A DNA stretch of 63,855 nt, counting the filler, from Octopus bimaculoides (lineage: Eukaryota): the NCBI RefSeq assembly GCF_001194135.2. It is 6 parts of 6 records of this genome, joined end to end, with 100 filler letters (N's around TTAATTAATTAA, not from the genome) between each part and the next. Parts side by side here need not be neighbours in the genome. Positions count along the whole stretch, not along the records: positions 1 to 16,931 come from NC_068982.1; positions 17,032 to 27,447 come from NC_068991.1; positions 27,548 to 43,122 come from NC_068986.1; 3 more parts are not named here. One strand, given 5' to 3'. The notes below the pieces were generated by a model. The model ran no database searches and was not told the DNA's origin. It saw nothing but the letters and a program-made list of their open reading frames with translations. A program made the position numbers and the translations under genes. Shown in pieces: positions 13,581 through 27,628 of this stretch (positions are counted from its first letter, which is position 1; every line of letters begins with the position of its first letter).

Positions 13581-14054
13581 CGGAACAAGGATTAGAACGA
13601 GATGTAAATCCAACTTTCTCCACGTGACAAGCTGATACGTTATCCATTCAGCCAACAACCTTTTTCCAGGAGCATAATTTTATAAAAATCGAAAGCAAAC
13701 AAATGCTATGTATGGCTGTATGGCTGAGGGCGTGTGATTTGTAAATCTTCCACAACACAAGACATTATTCATATATTTATTTTCATTTTCATTTTTTTTT
13801 TTTTCATTATAATCTTCCCAGAAGCTCTGGTGTGCGTTCCAACCTTCCGACAGCGCGGGAAATCAAGCTAATGGCAGAATAAGGTATTCACTGTTAAACT
13901 TGAACGAATCGCCTACAGCTATAGAAATTCTGTGTTTCTTTACTACTGATAATCAAATATTTTATTCACTCTTGTCATTATGTCTGTTTCTTTTCAATAT
14001 TGACAATAAGAAACACATGAATATGTATATGAAATCTTAATCGTATTGTTATTA

Positions 14055-14215
14055 CTCCCCATCATCGTTATTATCATCAGCATCATCAGCATCATAACCA
14101 CCACCACCACCATATACATCATCACCATCATTACCATAATCCTCGTCATCAGCAGCAGCAGTAGTAGCAGCAACACCATCATCATGAACAGCAGCATCAT
14201 TATCATCATCTTCAT
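14055..14215. repeat. (CAT)/(CAC)/(CAG) low-complexity tract
   Basis: Directly visible; source of the poly-M and poly-I ORFs. Confidence 0.9.
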
Positions 14216-14386
14216 TCTAGTGACAAGAATATTTTACAATTAATATTATCAATCCATCATCAAAACAACATTTACAAAAACGCAGCGTGTGGAAAATGTT
14301 TTGACTCACTCTTAACTTCGTTTTGTCCTCCATCAAATAGCAAATGTCTTCCTAAGTCATGACCTTTTTCAATATCTACAGCTTCT

Positions 14387-15255
14387 AAGGCAGCGCGCTG
14401 GCAGAAACGTTAGCACGCCGGGAGAAATGCGTAGCGGTATTTCGTTTGTCTTTATGTTCTGAGTTCAAATTCCGCCGAGGTCGACTTTGCCTGTCATCCT
14501 TTCGGGGTCGATTAAATAAGTACCAGTTACGCACTGAGGTAGATATAATCGACTTGATCCGTTTGTCTGTCCTTATTTGTCCCCTGTGCGTGCAACCCCT
14601 TGTGGACACTAAAGGAATAAGAAACGTTAGCACGCCGGGCGAAATGCTTAGTGGTATTTCGTCTGCCGCTACGTTCTGAGTTCAAATTCCGCCGAGGTCG
14701 ACTTTGCCTTTCATCCTTTCGGGGTCGATAAATTAAGTACCAGTTACGCACTTGGGTTGATATAATTAACTTAATCCGTTTGTCTGTCCTTGTTTGTCCC
14801 CTCTGTGTGTAGCCCCTTGTGGGCAGTAAAGAAATAAGAAACGTTAACGCCGGGCGAAACTTATATCGGTATTTCGTCTGCCGTTACGTTCTGACTTCAA
14901 ATTCCGCCGAGGTCGACTTTACCTTTCATCCTTTCGGGATCGATAAATTAAGTACCAGTTGCGTACTGGGTTAATCTAATCGACTGGCCCCTTCCCCCAA
15001 AATTTCGGGCCTTGTGCATAGAGCAGAAAAGAATATATACAGCTTCTTCAAGGGGGCGAGCTAGTAGAATAACATGCTTAGCGGCACTTCGTTTGTCTTT
15101 ACGTTCCGAGTTCGAATTCCAGCAGCGTCGACTTCTTCTTTCTTCTATTTTGGGTCGATAAAATAAGTGCCAGTTGAGTTCTAGGATCAATATAATCACC
15201 ATGCCTCCAGTACCGAAATTACTGACTTTGTGCCAAAACTTGAAATCAATATATA
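14387..15255 (+). mobile_element. Head-to-tail array of four SINE family B units (~217-bp period)
   Basis: Units start at ~14387, ~14622, ~14838 and ~15050. Each has gttagcacgccggg..gagttcaaattccgccgaggtcgact..ggggtcgataaattaagtaccag, with A/B-box-like heads. Confidence 0.9.
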
Positions 15256-15434
15256 GTTTCATTCGAAAATTTTTAGCCGATTGTCAGGGATGTCTATTTC
15301 TATGGCTAGCACTGAAATATGTGAGGAGTTATAGTGCCATCTTTTTAAACTATAGCCGGCAAATCTCTCCCCACTCTCTCTCCCTCTCTTTCTTTTTTTC
15401 TCTTTCTCTCTCACTCTCTCATTCTTTTTCTTTG

Positions 15435-15477
<43 letters not shown>

Positions 15478-15524
15478 GCTAATTCTGTTATCATAAGCAA
15501 ATACATGTGCATTCGCTTGTGAAA

Positions 15525-15652
15525 CGTCGAAGCAGGTAGTAATAAACAGTCGACAACTGAGGAGGAGTTACACTTCCTTTGGTATTTTTTCCTGTACTTA
15601 TCTCTGGGTGTTTACGTATATTTCACTCGTTCGTGATATCCTGCACTTAATG

Positions 15653-15692
<40 letters not shown>

Positions 15693-16560
15693 TATTTCTT
15701 TTTATTTGTCCTGTACTTATCTCTCATGTGTTTACGTATTTTTCACTCGCTGATAATGTCCTGTACTTAATGTGTCTTTTTAATTATTTATAATTGAACG
15801 TCACGCAGCCTTTGTCAACAGTAAGTTTTTACATTTATATATATAATTTTTGCGATTATACACTGTTCTCTGCTTATTTTCTTTCTTTCTCTCTATACTT
15901 CTCTAGTCCCCTATATTTCTTTTTCTCCCCCTCCTTCTTTACAGTCCCTTGTCTATCTTTCCTTTTCCATCCTCTTCAATTCCTATATTTCTTTCCCTTC
16001 TCCTCTCTCTTTCCCCCTTCTCCTCTGCGTGTTGATCACATGTGACTACAAGTCAGTTTCCCCGTCTCTCTGTGTTTTGGTTGATGGAATGGGACATCCA
16101 TCCAGCTGGACGTAATTTATCTCGCCTCTCGATATTTTTTCTCTTCTACTATTTTTTCTCTTCTATTTATTCTATATCCTTTCAAAATTTCTCCCATGCG
16201 TCACCCATTACAATTCGTCTTGCCCTAACAGTCCTTAATGTCTGTCTTCATCGATTGTTTACTTTGTACGTCCACTCTTATGTCGTTTGTTCGTTCGAAT
16301 CCGTAACTCTTCATAAACTTTATTTTCTAAAATTTCTGCAAGCTGCGGTCTTATGAAGTTTTCCTGTCGTATTGAAAGTTCGAAACAGGTAGTAATAAAC
16401 AGTCGGCAACTGAGGAAGAGTTAGACTTTCTTTAATATTTTGTCCGTACTTATTTCTGTGTGTTTATGTATTTTTTAATCGTTGGTGATATCCTGTACTT
16501 AATGTGTATTTTTTGCATGTTTTTTTTTTGTAAGTATTCGTCCTGTACTTACTTCTCGTG
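15525..16560 (+). mobile_element. Direct-repeat element (Penelope pLTR/retrozyme-like) with a pyrimidine-rich spacer
   Basis: The ~170-250-bp repeat cgaa(g/a)caggtagtaataaacagtcg.caactgagga.gagtta..cctgtactta occurs at ~15528 and ~16380. The first copy carries an internal duplication. The family assignment is inference. Confidence 0.5.
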
Positions 16561-17203
16561 AAGTAAGTACAGGCACCTCACCCCAAAGAAATCTATTCCA
16601 TGTGCGTCACAAATAGTCCTGTATGAAAAAAAGTCCCGTGTGGAGGGATTACGGTTTAACCATCCAACTTAGAGATATCAAATATAAAATATACAAGAAT
16701 AAGGGCAGGGAATCGTCAATTAGTAATAGAATTAATAATTAACAATTTTGCCAAGTAGTTCAGTATGAAAAAACCTTTATCGGTAAAACCATTTATCATC
16801 ATAAATATACAGGGATTAGCATTGAGTTGCTTCTCCAACATACTGAAAATTTAGAAATAGCAGTCAAATAACTACTGATTCTAAACTACAAATTTTTCTC
16901 TAAAACGGATGGCGATATTTATGGCACACATNNNNNNNNNNNNNNNNNNNNNNNNNNNNNNNNNNNNNNNNNNNNTTAATTAATTAANNNNNNNNNNNNN
17001 NNNNNNNNNNNNNNNNNNNNNNNNNNNNNNNTATATCCTGGAAATGTGCCACACAGGGCAGATTTCAGTCGCACAAAACTTGCACCAGAGAGTCTACAAG
17101 TTGTTATACAACTTTGTATATAAAATAAATTTTACAAACAAACTTTTTAAAACATGAAAAAGGCAAAACTTACAGAGCCGACACGTCTACCGTCCGTCCA
17201 TAG

Positions 17204-17267
<64 letters not shown>

Positions 17268-17499
17268 TGATAGATAATATGCTTGCATTCATACACGCAC
17301 ATATACACGCTTATACACACATACACGTGTATACATTCATTCATAGGTTCCAGTAATTCAACTCCTGTCATGCAGGAGCACTGCTTTCAAAGAGTGTCTG
17401 TTCGCGTGTGTATCTGTGTGTATCTGCGCTTGGTGCATATGTGTGCGTGTTTGTGCATGTGTAGGGCCTTTTCATCATATTGAACCGTTAATCCTTACA

Positions 17500-17690
17500 C
17501 ACTTTTTTCGCTCTTCGCTTCTTCAGTTCTCTCTCCATTTATTTGTTTTTCATCTCAACCCTTTCTGTCGAAGTGTATAGGCTCGAAACGTCGAACACTT
17601 TTCCATCCTTCCTGAGTGTCAGACTAATACACCTTCTTGTTGTTATCTCACCTGTCTTCGTCTTTTGTTTTCCATAAATTTGAACTATAT
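17500..17690 (+). mobile_element. Short interspersed repeat with an aggctcgaaacgt motif (Penelope-derived-like)
   Basis: taggctcgaaacgt..actaatacacct..cacctgtcttcgtctt..aactatat is shared with 46918-47040. Confidence 0.6.
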
Positions 17691-17691
17691 A

Positions 17692-18549
17692 AAGGGTGTT
17701 TCAAAAAATTTGATATTTCGCAATCTAATAACTTTGCCAGTTCTTGTTCAAATGACTACAAATTTTAACGGCATGTGTAGAAACAGGTCAAATTTATACG
17801 TTTAATGTTTGATATGTTTATCTTTCAGGTATAGAAACGGCATTCACTGGAAGAGAAAAGGCGTTTGTGTGTTGGAGTATGCTTGAACACAGTCGAACAA
17901 GAGTGTGCATTGGTGAGCGAGTTCTCTAAAAGGTCACCAACAGCAATACAGATTTGGGCATGGCACAAAAAATTCAAAGAGGAAGGCTATCTTTGCAGGG
18001 CAAAAAGATCTGGACGACCCACTAACATCAGAAGAGATGGTCGAGCAGGTTCGCCAAGAACTCATGTGAAGCCCCAAGAAGTCCATAAGAGGAACAAGTC
18101 TGGAAACCCAGATTCCTCCAATGACTGGAGCTTCCTCAGGAAACGCTTGCTAGGGAAACCCTACAAACTGCGGCTCTTTCAGACCATAACGGCAGATGAC
18201 GTGCGAAAGCGCAAACATGGGGCTATGTGAATGGTCTGGTGTATATCCCTCCCCTTCCTGCAAACCTAGAGGAACACGAGCAGGGAATCACTACCGCACT
18301 GGAGACTGTTACCCAAGACATGCTGGACTATCTACTTGACGTGTGCCGTGTCTCAGACGGTGCACGTGTTGAACATTTGTGAAATAAATCATTCATGGAA
18401 TCCATATACCTTTGAATTTCTCATTCAAATTTGGAAGAATAGGTCATATGAGGCTCAACATTAAGCCTGTTTCAGTTTCATTTGCTTTGGCCATGTAGTT
18501 TCTGTGATATTTACATCTCAAATGATATCAAATATTTTGAAACACCCTG
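17692..18549 (+). mobile_element. Internally deleted Tc1/mariner transposon (~860 bp)
   Basis: 25-bp TIRs (a/c)agggtgtttcaaaa.atttgatat (23/25 match) with TA flanks. The transposase N-terminal remnant reads SKRSPTAIQIWAWHKKFKEEGYLCRAKRSGRP..FLRKRLLGKPYKLRLFQ (HTH region). The catalytic core is missing. Confidence 0.92.
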
Positions 18550-18614
18550 TATGTATGTATGTATGTATGTATGTATGTATGTATGTATTAATGCATATAT
18601 GCATATATATATGA

Positions 18615-18680
<66 letters not shown>

Positions 18681-19389
18681 NNNNNNNNNNNNNNNNNNNN
18701 NNNNNNNNNNNNNNNNNNNNNNNNNNNNNNNNNNNNNNNNNNNNNNNNNNNNNNNNNNNNNNNNNNNNNNNNNNNNNNNNNNNNNNNNNNNNNNNNNNNN
18801 NNNNNNNNNNNNNNNNNNNNNNNNNNNNNNNNNNNNNNNNNNNNNNNNNNNNNNNNNNNNNNNNNNNNNNNNNNNNNNNNNNNNNNNNNNNNNNNNNNNN
18901 NNNNNNNNNNNNNNNNNNNNNNNNNNNNNNNNNNNNNNNNNNNNNNNNNNNNNNNNNNNNNNNNNNNNNNNNNNNNNNNNNNNNNATATATATATATATA
19001 TACGTATGTATAGATATATATTTAACCGTTTAAACAATAGATGTGGTCGACCCGACCCCATGGTGAAGCATAAATGCACACAGTGCCATCATACAGTGTT
19101 ATCGACCCCAGAACTTTGGGACTTGCGAAACGATCTTCTTATCTACACGACCTTACTTGTTTGAATTGTATGTATTTAAATCAAATTCCCAATATTAGCG
19201 TATGAGTATAAGTACGACTGCATTGATATCGGTAGTAGTTTTGGTGGTTGTAATGGGACTGGGAGCAGAAATAAAGATAATGACGTTGAAAACAGAGCGT
19301 GTTGAGTTTATGATTTAGGTGAGTGGTAATAAAAGACGTGGAGTAAGATAGTGTTATTGTGTGCCTATGTTTTTACGTTGACTACGAAT

Positions 19390-19556
19390 GTTACTTATGT
19401 ATGTACCCGATTGCTATTTTCCGTCTGTGATGTATGCATATTTTTAAGTATATTTGTATGTATATATGAATGTAAGTATGTATGTGTATATGTTTCTGTA
19501 TATAAGTAGGTACAGGTGTATATGCTCCTGTGTATATATGTTTACTAGCGTGCATA

Positions 19557-19602
<46 letters not shown>

Positions 19603-20142
19603 CTCTCAACATGCTTCTCTACATACGTGTATATTTGAGTGTGTGCGTGCGTGTGTGTGTGTATGTATGTTTGTATGTATGTAAATATCTATATCTATAT
19701 TTACATCTCTCTCTCTCTTTTTATATATATATATATATATATATATACAGAGAGAGAGAGAGAGAGAGAGTGAGAGAGAGAGAGTGAGTGAGTGAGTGAG
19801 AGAGAGAGAGAAAGAGAGATAGATATAGATATATACATACATAAACGCACACATACACACATATATATATTTCTATTTATATATATAATATGCATGTGTG
19901 TGTGTGTGTGTGCGTGTGTTTCCCCCTCTTACTTTCACTTCCTTGTCAAGCATTCACTCAGTTATTGCACATATCCTATTATCTAATTATATATATTGGT
20001 CACACTCCTTACCAACCGGCCTACCTACCAACATACCAAGCTATCTACTTACCTACCAATATTTCGACCTACCTCGTACCCACTACGCCAGTCGCTGTTT
20101 CTCCCTATACATACATACACTTATACATAAACATACATAAAT

Positions 20143-20181
<39 letters not shown>

Positions 20182-20224
20182 CATATATATATATATATTT
20201 ATATATATTGAGAGAGAGAGAGAG

Positions 20225-20271
<47 letters not shown>

Positions 20272-20305
20272 CAGATATACATACATATATATATATGCAA
20301 GTATC

Positions 20306-20352
<47 letters not shown>

Positions 20353-20462
20353 TTGTGTAAGCGTGTGCATATTTATATGTATATATGTATATATATACAA
20401 AATGTATGTATATATGTATGTATTTTTGCCTGTCTATTTGTCTATGTACCTATCAGAACGCC

Positions 20463-20494
<32 letters not shown>

Positions 20495-20570
20495 TGTATG
20501 TATGTATGTATGTATTTGTATATGAATTTATGAGTATATATATATATATTTTCATCTATGAATGTATATA
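19390..20570. repeat. Compound microsatellite field (CT, TA, GA, CA, GATA, TATG)
   Basis: Directly visible alternating simple repeats. Confidence 0.9.
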
Positions 20571-22008
20571 TGTTTGTATATCTGCCAGTAACCCCTATCT
20601 AACTGAACAGCTTCTCTTGACTTCAACCCCTAAACCACCCTCGACCATATTTCAATGTAACTTCTATTGAAATAGCAGGCTTCAGTGATTATCATTGTCT
20701 TGTTAGCAACTCGTCTTTTGATAAATTTCACAGGTTTTGTTGTCACTTCAAAATTACATTCAATATGGCACCCATAATTGAAAAAAATATATATATAATG
20801 ATAATAATAATAATGATAATAAACTTTACAAGTTATGTTCACTTGTTCTGCAGACGAATGTCCGATATGTATGAGCGTATATGTACGTTCTATATGTGTA
20901 TTCTCGTCTATTTATAATTTTGAATAAGTATTCTAGTGTAACATGTCGTTGGTTTTTTTTTTTTACAATCTAAACTAGACTGCGAAGTAAACAATATTTA
21001 ATATAAATGACACATCATAAATAGAAAAGATTTTCTGTTCGTTTTTTCTTTTTTCAAAATATTAAATTCTATTTCTTTTCATTTATTCATTCAAAATACT
21101 AATAATTTATTTAGTTATTTATTTATTTTAATTTCCGTTTTATTTGTTCTCCTTGTTGGTTACCCTTTTCATTATTTTGTTTTGTTAAAATGTTTGAAAA
21201 ATTTTCGGTAAAGATTTTTAACTTTCTGTTTGCAAACTTTAGGCTTGAAATGAGAACTTTATAGTAAATATTGATTTTTAACTATGGTACACTTGCTTCA
21301 GATAATAGGTTCGGATTTTGCTTTTATGTACAGTAAATTAAATTAAACTTTAGTACTTATGTGTTGTTTCTTTGTAGTTGTTATTATTATTATTGTTGTT
21401 GTTGTTGTTATATAGCATCATACCATTCCTAATCGAGCAGGTCTATTATCAAAGACACTCCAATCATGCCCATCGTATGCTAACATATACTATACGTTGC
21501 TCGACGTCAATGGTTCTTAAATGTTTTTCTCAAACACACACATTTTATATAGCTAATTAAACCCTTTTACGTGTGTTGTTGTCGCTGTTGTTTTTGTTGT
21601 TGTTTAGCTCTATATCAGTTCTTATTGAGCAGATATATTACCAAAGACGTTCCACCCATGATCATCCTATATTGAAGCACACAATACGCTGGGTCAACAT
21701 CGGTGGTTCTCAACCGTTTTGCTCTAACACAGATTTTGATCCTTGAAACCAAACAAGAACCCGATAGTACAGCAGATATTTTTCTCCCAGCATTCTCTAC
21801 TCATCCTCGATATGAAGCATAGATATGTTGTTTCAAATATAGTTAAAATTAATGCCTCACATGTGCATTACAGTCCCTTTGAAAAACACTAGCCAACATC
21901 ATCCTAACTTTTCTTCCTTCATAAGGTCCCTTGATTATGTTTGCATGGCAATTTACTTGTGATGTCCAGCGGGTTGATCACAAAGAAACTCAACGCATTT
22001 TTTGTTGT

Positions 22009-22068
<60 letters not shown>

Positions 22069-22286
22069 AATAATACAGAATGGGACAAGAACGCAAAACA
22101 TTCAGAGAGTTAGGTGATACAATAAAGGGACAAAACATCCAGATAGACGATACAAGAAAAACACGGACAGGTCATTCGGAGTTTATCTTTGCAATTTCGG
22201 CTGCTTATTCTCGATATTGCTCCAATCTGGCCAGCCCCAAGGAAAGACTAAGCTAAGAGCATATATATGTATATAAATATATATAT

Positions 22287-22636
22287 AGTGGAGGCGCAAT
22301 GGCCCAGTGGTTAGGGCACCGGACTCACGGGTTCAATTCCCAGACCGGGCGTTGTGAGTGTTTATTGAGCGAAAACACCTAAAGCGCCACGAGGCTCCGA
22401 ACCCTGCTGTATTCTTTTACCACAACTTTCTCTCATTCTTTCCTCCTGTTTCAGTTGTGCCTGTATTTCAAAGGGTCAGCCTTGTCACACTGTGTCACGC
22501 TGAATCTCCCCGAGAACTACGTTAAGGGTACACGTGTCTGTGGACTGCTCAGCCATTTGCACATTAATTTCACGAGCAGGCTGTTCCATTAATCGGATCA
22601 ACTGGAACCCTCATCATCGTAACCGATGGAGTGCCA

Positions 22637-22637
<1 letters not shown>
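22287..22637 (+). mobile_element. SINE family D copy
   Basis: gtggaggcgcaatggcccagtggttagg..gggttcaattccc..gtaaccgatggagtgcca; the reverse complement of 13193-13580 with small deletions. Confidence 0.9.
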
Positions 22638-22684
<47 letters not shown>

Positions 22685-22805
22685 AAGTGCGAGAGATATT
22701 TGAGAATATATTTGGTAATTTAATAGACCAAATACCATCTTGCAAAACCCAAACATATTTTAATAAAAATATGCGCACATATTCCCGACGAGCTTTCTTT
22801 AAAAA

Positions 22806-23275
22806 TTATTCTATAAATCCGCCTTCGATGACTGAGACAATGCGGGTTCAAGATCAATTAAAATCAGTGGGCCTTATTCGTTTCGGACATCACCTGGACA
22901 ATGGTGATCTTCAGTGAAGGTATAGTATTGTAAGGATATCGATTAGTCTACCATTCGACAAAGCTTCAAGCGTGGTAGTCAAAGCGATTTATATCTGGCT
23001 TGTTTGGAGACCACAAGACTAGTATTATCGTAAAAATCGTCTGACAAATATTCTGGAATTACGTGGGGTTTGTGAAGGGGTGCTGAGTCTCGTTGAAACA
23101 TGTACGGCCTTCCACTGTGTACTTCATCCATTCAGAATGTAACAAATGTCTCTAGCATTTCAGCAGTATCAAATTTAAGACCCTTTGAAAAATGGTGGGT
23201 GCCATCTCATCTATCATTTATACTGTTAGACATTTGGTCATGGTCGAAGTTTATTTCATCAGATATGGGTCATTA
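22806..23275 (-). mobile_element. Decayed Tc1/mariner transposase C-terminus, maT/DD37D-like
   Basis: Minus strand gives MAPTIF (cf. MPPHFF), MFQRDSAPLH, WSPNKPDINRFDY (D as third catalytic residue), TNRYPYNTIPSLK and VIEGGFIE*. Frameshifted. Confidence 0.75.
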
Positions 23276-23337
23276 TCATTCATATCTATTTTATATCTAT
23301 ATTAATTAATTTATCTATCTATCTCTCGCTCTCGCTC

Positions 23338-23444
<107 letters not shown>

Positions 23445-23469
23445 GTATATATATGTATATATGTATATG

Positions 23470-23500
<31 letters not shown>

Positions 23501-23501
23501 T

Positions 23502-24571
<1,070 letters not shown>

Positions 24572-24861
24572 GATATCTTATTTTTTTTATAAGGCTATTC
24601 CTTAATTCTTCCTCCATGAAAATAGTATATATTTGCACCATATACAGCAATTCCAGAAACAGCTGTAATAGACTTTATGCATTATTTCTTAATCCTTAAT
24701 TTAATCTAACTTCTCTGGAATTATGTTTGAATAATAAAATGACATACTCGAAAGTGATTTCACATGTTTTGTTTGTTCATTCTCTCTTTGTATTATATAT
24801 ATAAATAAAAAAATAAATATATATATATATATATATACATGTGTGAGTGAGTGTGTATATG

Positions 24862-24921
<60 letters not shown>

Positions 24922-25559
24922 GATACATATATGTATATACACATATATATATATATGTATATACATATATGTGTATACATATATATGCATACACACACAC
25001 ACACACACACATATACACGTACAAACATACATACAACATACCCTGCTGTTCATGTTAAAACTCCAGGTTTGAAACCATTTCTTTCATTATTGGCAAGAAA
25101 TCTCAAAATAAACAGAATAGTGACTACATACATACATGCATACATACAAATGCATATGAGTGTACATAATAACAATCTATTTAGTCGTTTGTGTGATGAT
25201 ACTAAAGTATTTCAATAGGTTTCACTGAGTTTCCAGTTTAGAATAGAATATTCCACCCCGAAGTATTCAATTAATATGTAACAATGTGAAAATATTTCAA
25301 GTAACGACGCACGTCTGTAACACCGAGACAAAGCTCTAAATATAAAAAAAAGAAAATCCCTCAAAAAATATATGCTGCTAACTCCTAATTTACTGGACTG
25401 GATGAGATCGTTGCAAAACACCCATATACATATACATACACACAACACGCATACACACTTGCACACACACACACACACACACTCACACGCGCGCACACAT
25501 ATACACATATATAATTCTATATATATATATATATATATATATACATACAGACACACAGA

Positions 25560-25653
25560 GAGGGTGATTCAAAAGTCACCGTACATAACAATATTTTTCT
25601 ATAAGAAACAGTTTCCTATAAAAAATAAATTTTTCCTATGTATGGTGACGTTT
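25560..25653. mobile_element. Small Tc1/mariner-type MITE, right TIR running into a gap
   Basis: agggtgattcaaaagtcaccgtacata ... tatgtatggtgacgttt[N] are inverted. Confidence 0.6.
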
Positions 25654-25957
25654 NNNNNNNNNNNNNNNNNNNNNNNNNNNNNNNNNNNNNNNNNNNNNNN
25701 NNNNNNNNNNNNNNNNNNNNNNNNNNNNNNNNNNNNNNNNNNNNNNNNNNNNNNNNNNNNNNNNNNNNNNNNNNNNNNNNNNNNNNNNNNNNNNNNNNNN
25801 NNNNNNNNNNNNNNNNNNNNNNNNNNNNNNNNNNNNNNNNNNNNNNNNNNNNNNNNNNNNNNNNNNNNNNNNNNNNNNNNNNNNNNNNNNNNNNNNNNNN
25901 NNNNNNNNNNNNNNNNNNNNNNNNNNNNNNTATATATATATATATTTATATATATAT

Positions 25958-26083
25958 AGGCTTTGGTCAGCCCGAGGCTATAGTGGAAGACACTTGCGCA
26001 GAGTGCCACGCAGTGGGACTGAACCCGGAACCATGTGGTTGGTAAGCAAGCTACTTACCACACAGCCACTCCTACGCCTACAG
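25958..26083 (-). mobile_element. SINE family A, 5' half
   Basis: Reverse complement taggcgtaggagtggctgtgtggtaagtagc..ccgggttcagtccc. Confidence 0.85.
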
Positions 26084-26126
26084 GTGGCTATAATTTCTAT
26101 AGAAAATCTTTAGAGATAACCTTATA

Positions 26127-26330
26127 CAGTGACCTCCGAAAGATATATACACACTTCAAGAAAGGAAAAAAAATCTGTATAAATATTTAACTTGTATAAG
26201 GACCTCTATAAATATAAATACCTCTTTCGATTGTTTATCAAATTGCGACAACACTGAATGAATTGCAATAATTCTCAATTAAAATATTCATACAGGTTTT
26301 TCCTTCCCTGAAGTGTGTATACATTTTCTT
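26127..26330. mobile_element. Tc1-type MITE with degenerate ~55-bp TIRs
   Basis: atacacacttcaagaaaggaaaaaaaatctgtataaatattt is inverted as aatattcatacaggtttttccttccctgaagtgtgtat. It starts ta|cagtg. Confidence 0.7.
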
Positions 26331-26707
26331 TCTTTCTTTCTTTATTTATTTATTTAATGCAGTAGTTGTCAGATATTTCAGATTCATTTTTAGATCGACA
26401 TTTCAATCTTATACGCTTATTGCGTTGTAGTTTTATTATTTATGCAGGGCTAGATAGACTGTTAGAAACATGAGTTCTATAACTTTTTGAATAATAAGAG
26501 GAACCACTTATTGATAGTTCGAATGCATTTAATGGTACGCACGTACGTACGTACGTACGTATTTTGCTTCATATGGTCGTAGAGAACGGATTTTTTTTTC
26601 TGTGCAACAACTTGTTACGAAACCTCTGGAAATGGATGTGTCATTAAATGCATTCCAAATATCAATAACTGTATTCTATCACCTTTCCTACATATTCATC
26701 TATCTAC

Positions 26708-26789
<82 letters not shown>

Positions 26790-26879
26790 GTGAGAGATGA
26801 ATACAGTCCACCACAAGGGATTTTAGCTTTCGAGAGAAGAGTCTATGGAGCTGCTATGATGTTGCCTGCAACAGGAAGA

Positions 26880-27290
26880 TAATGGCGTGCAGTGCAGTAT
26901 TCCCCCTTTCTTCCTCTACGCCACGGAGTGCATGACCCCCCCCCCCTACATCAAGCACATCAAGATCCTGATATGAGTTCACCTTCGTCATTCACGCTCC
27001 ATTTTGTATTTCAAATAGCAGGATCGTTCTTGATGTACAGGTCCTGCACTGCAATAGCGCAATTAGCGTGGAGGCCCTCTTTGCTTCATCGCGGTTATGC
27101 TAGGTAGGACATCGTTGCAGAATGGCAGAAGGAAGTTTTTTTTTTTGTTAAGTTGAACTGCATCAAGCCAGGAGGAACCGTACTGGTCAGAGGTTGTGAT
27201 ACAAGGATGTGCTGACCAACTCCGGCATTTCCCAGATACCTGAGTGTAGGAGGTCTTGCGGTGCGATGAATGACACTAATGCCTGAAGCG
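26880..27290 (+). mobile_element. Decayed RTE-like LINE fragment (region downstream of RT)
   Basis: FLYATEC..YIKHIKIL (cf. LLYG.E.W..Y..HI..L) and ISVEALFASSRLC*VGHRCRM (cf. SIEA.L...QLRW.GHV.RM). Confidence 0.65.
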
Positions 27291-27298
27291 ATATGTAC

Positions 27299-27329
<31 letters not shown>

Positions 27330-27547
27330 ATTATGCATATGCCGAAAAATATGTATAATTAAATACACGCTTGTATATGTGTATTTATGTGTGTATTCAT
27401 ATACCTATATGTATGTATATGCATATGTATAACGATTTATATATATANNNNNNNNNNNNNNNNNNNNNNNNNNNNNNNNNNNNNNNNNNNNTTAATTAAT
27501 TAANNNNNNNNNNNNNNNNNNNNNNNNNNNNNNNNNNNNNNNNNNNN

Positions 27548-27628
<81 letters not shown>

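Noticed and set aside
14387-15255. Regularly spaced repeats (and the 24- and 29-bp arrays) as a CRISPR-like array
   Set aside because: No unique spacers, no cas genes, and a eukaryotic context.
16976-16987. TTAATTAATTAA centred in 44N+12+44N gaps (also 27492, 43167, 54549, 62601)
   Set aside because: An identical 100-bp construct five times, giving stops in all frames. This is a scaffolding spacer, not biology.
4975-22340. tRNA-like A/B boxes at 4980, 8315, 13520-13580 and 22290
   Set aside because: They continue into shared SINE bodies and lack a complete cloverleaf, so they are not tRNA genes.
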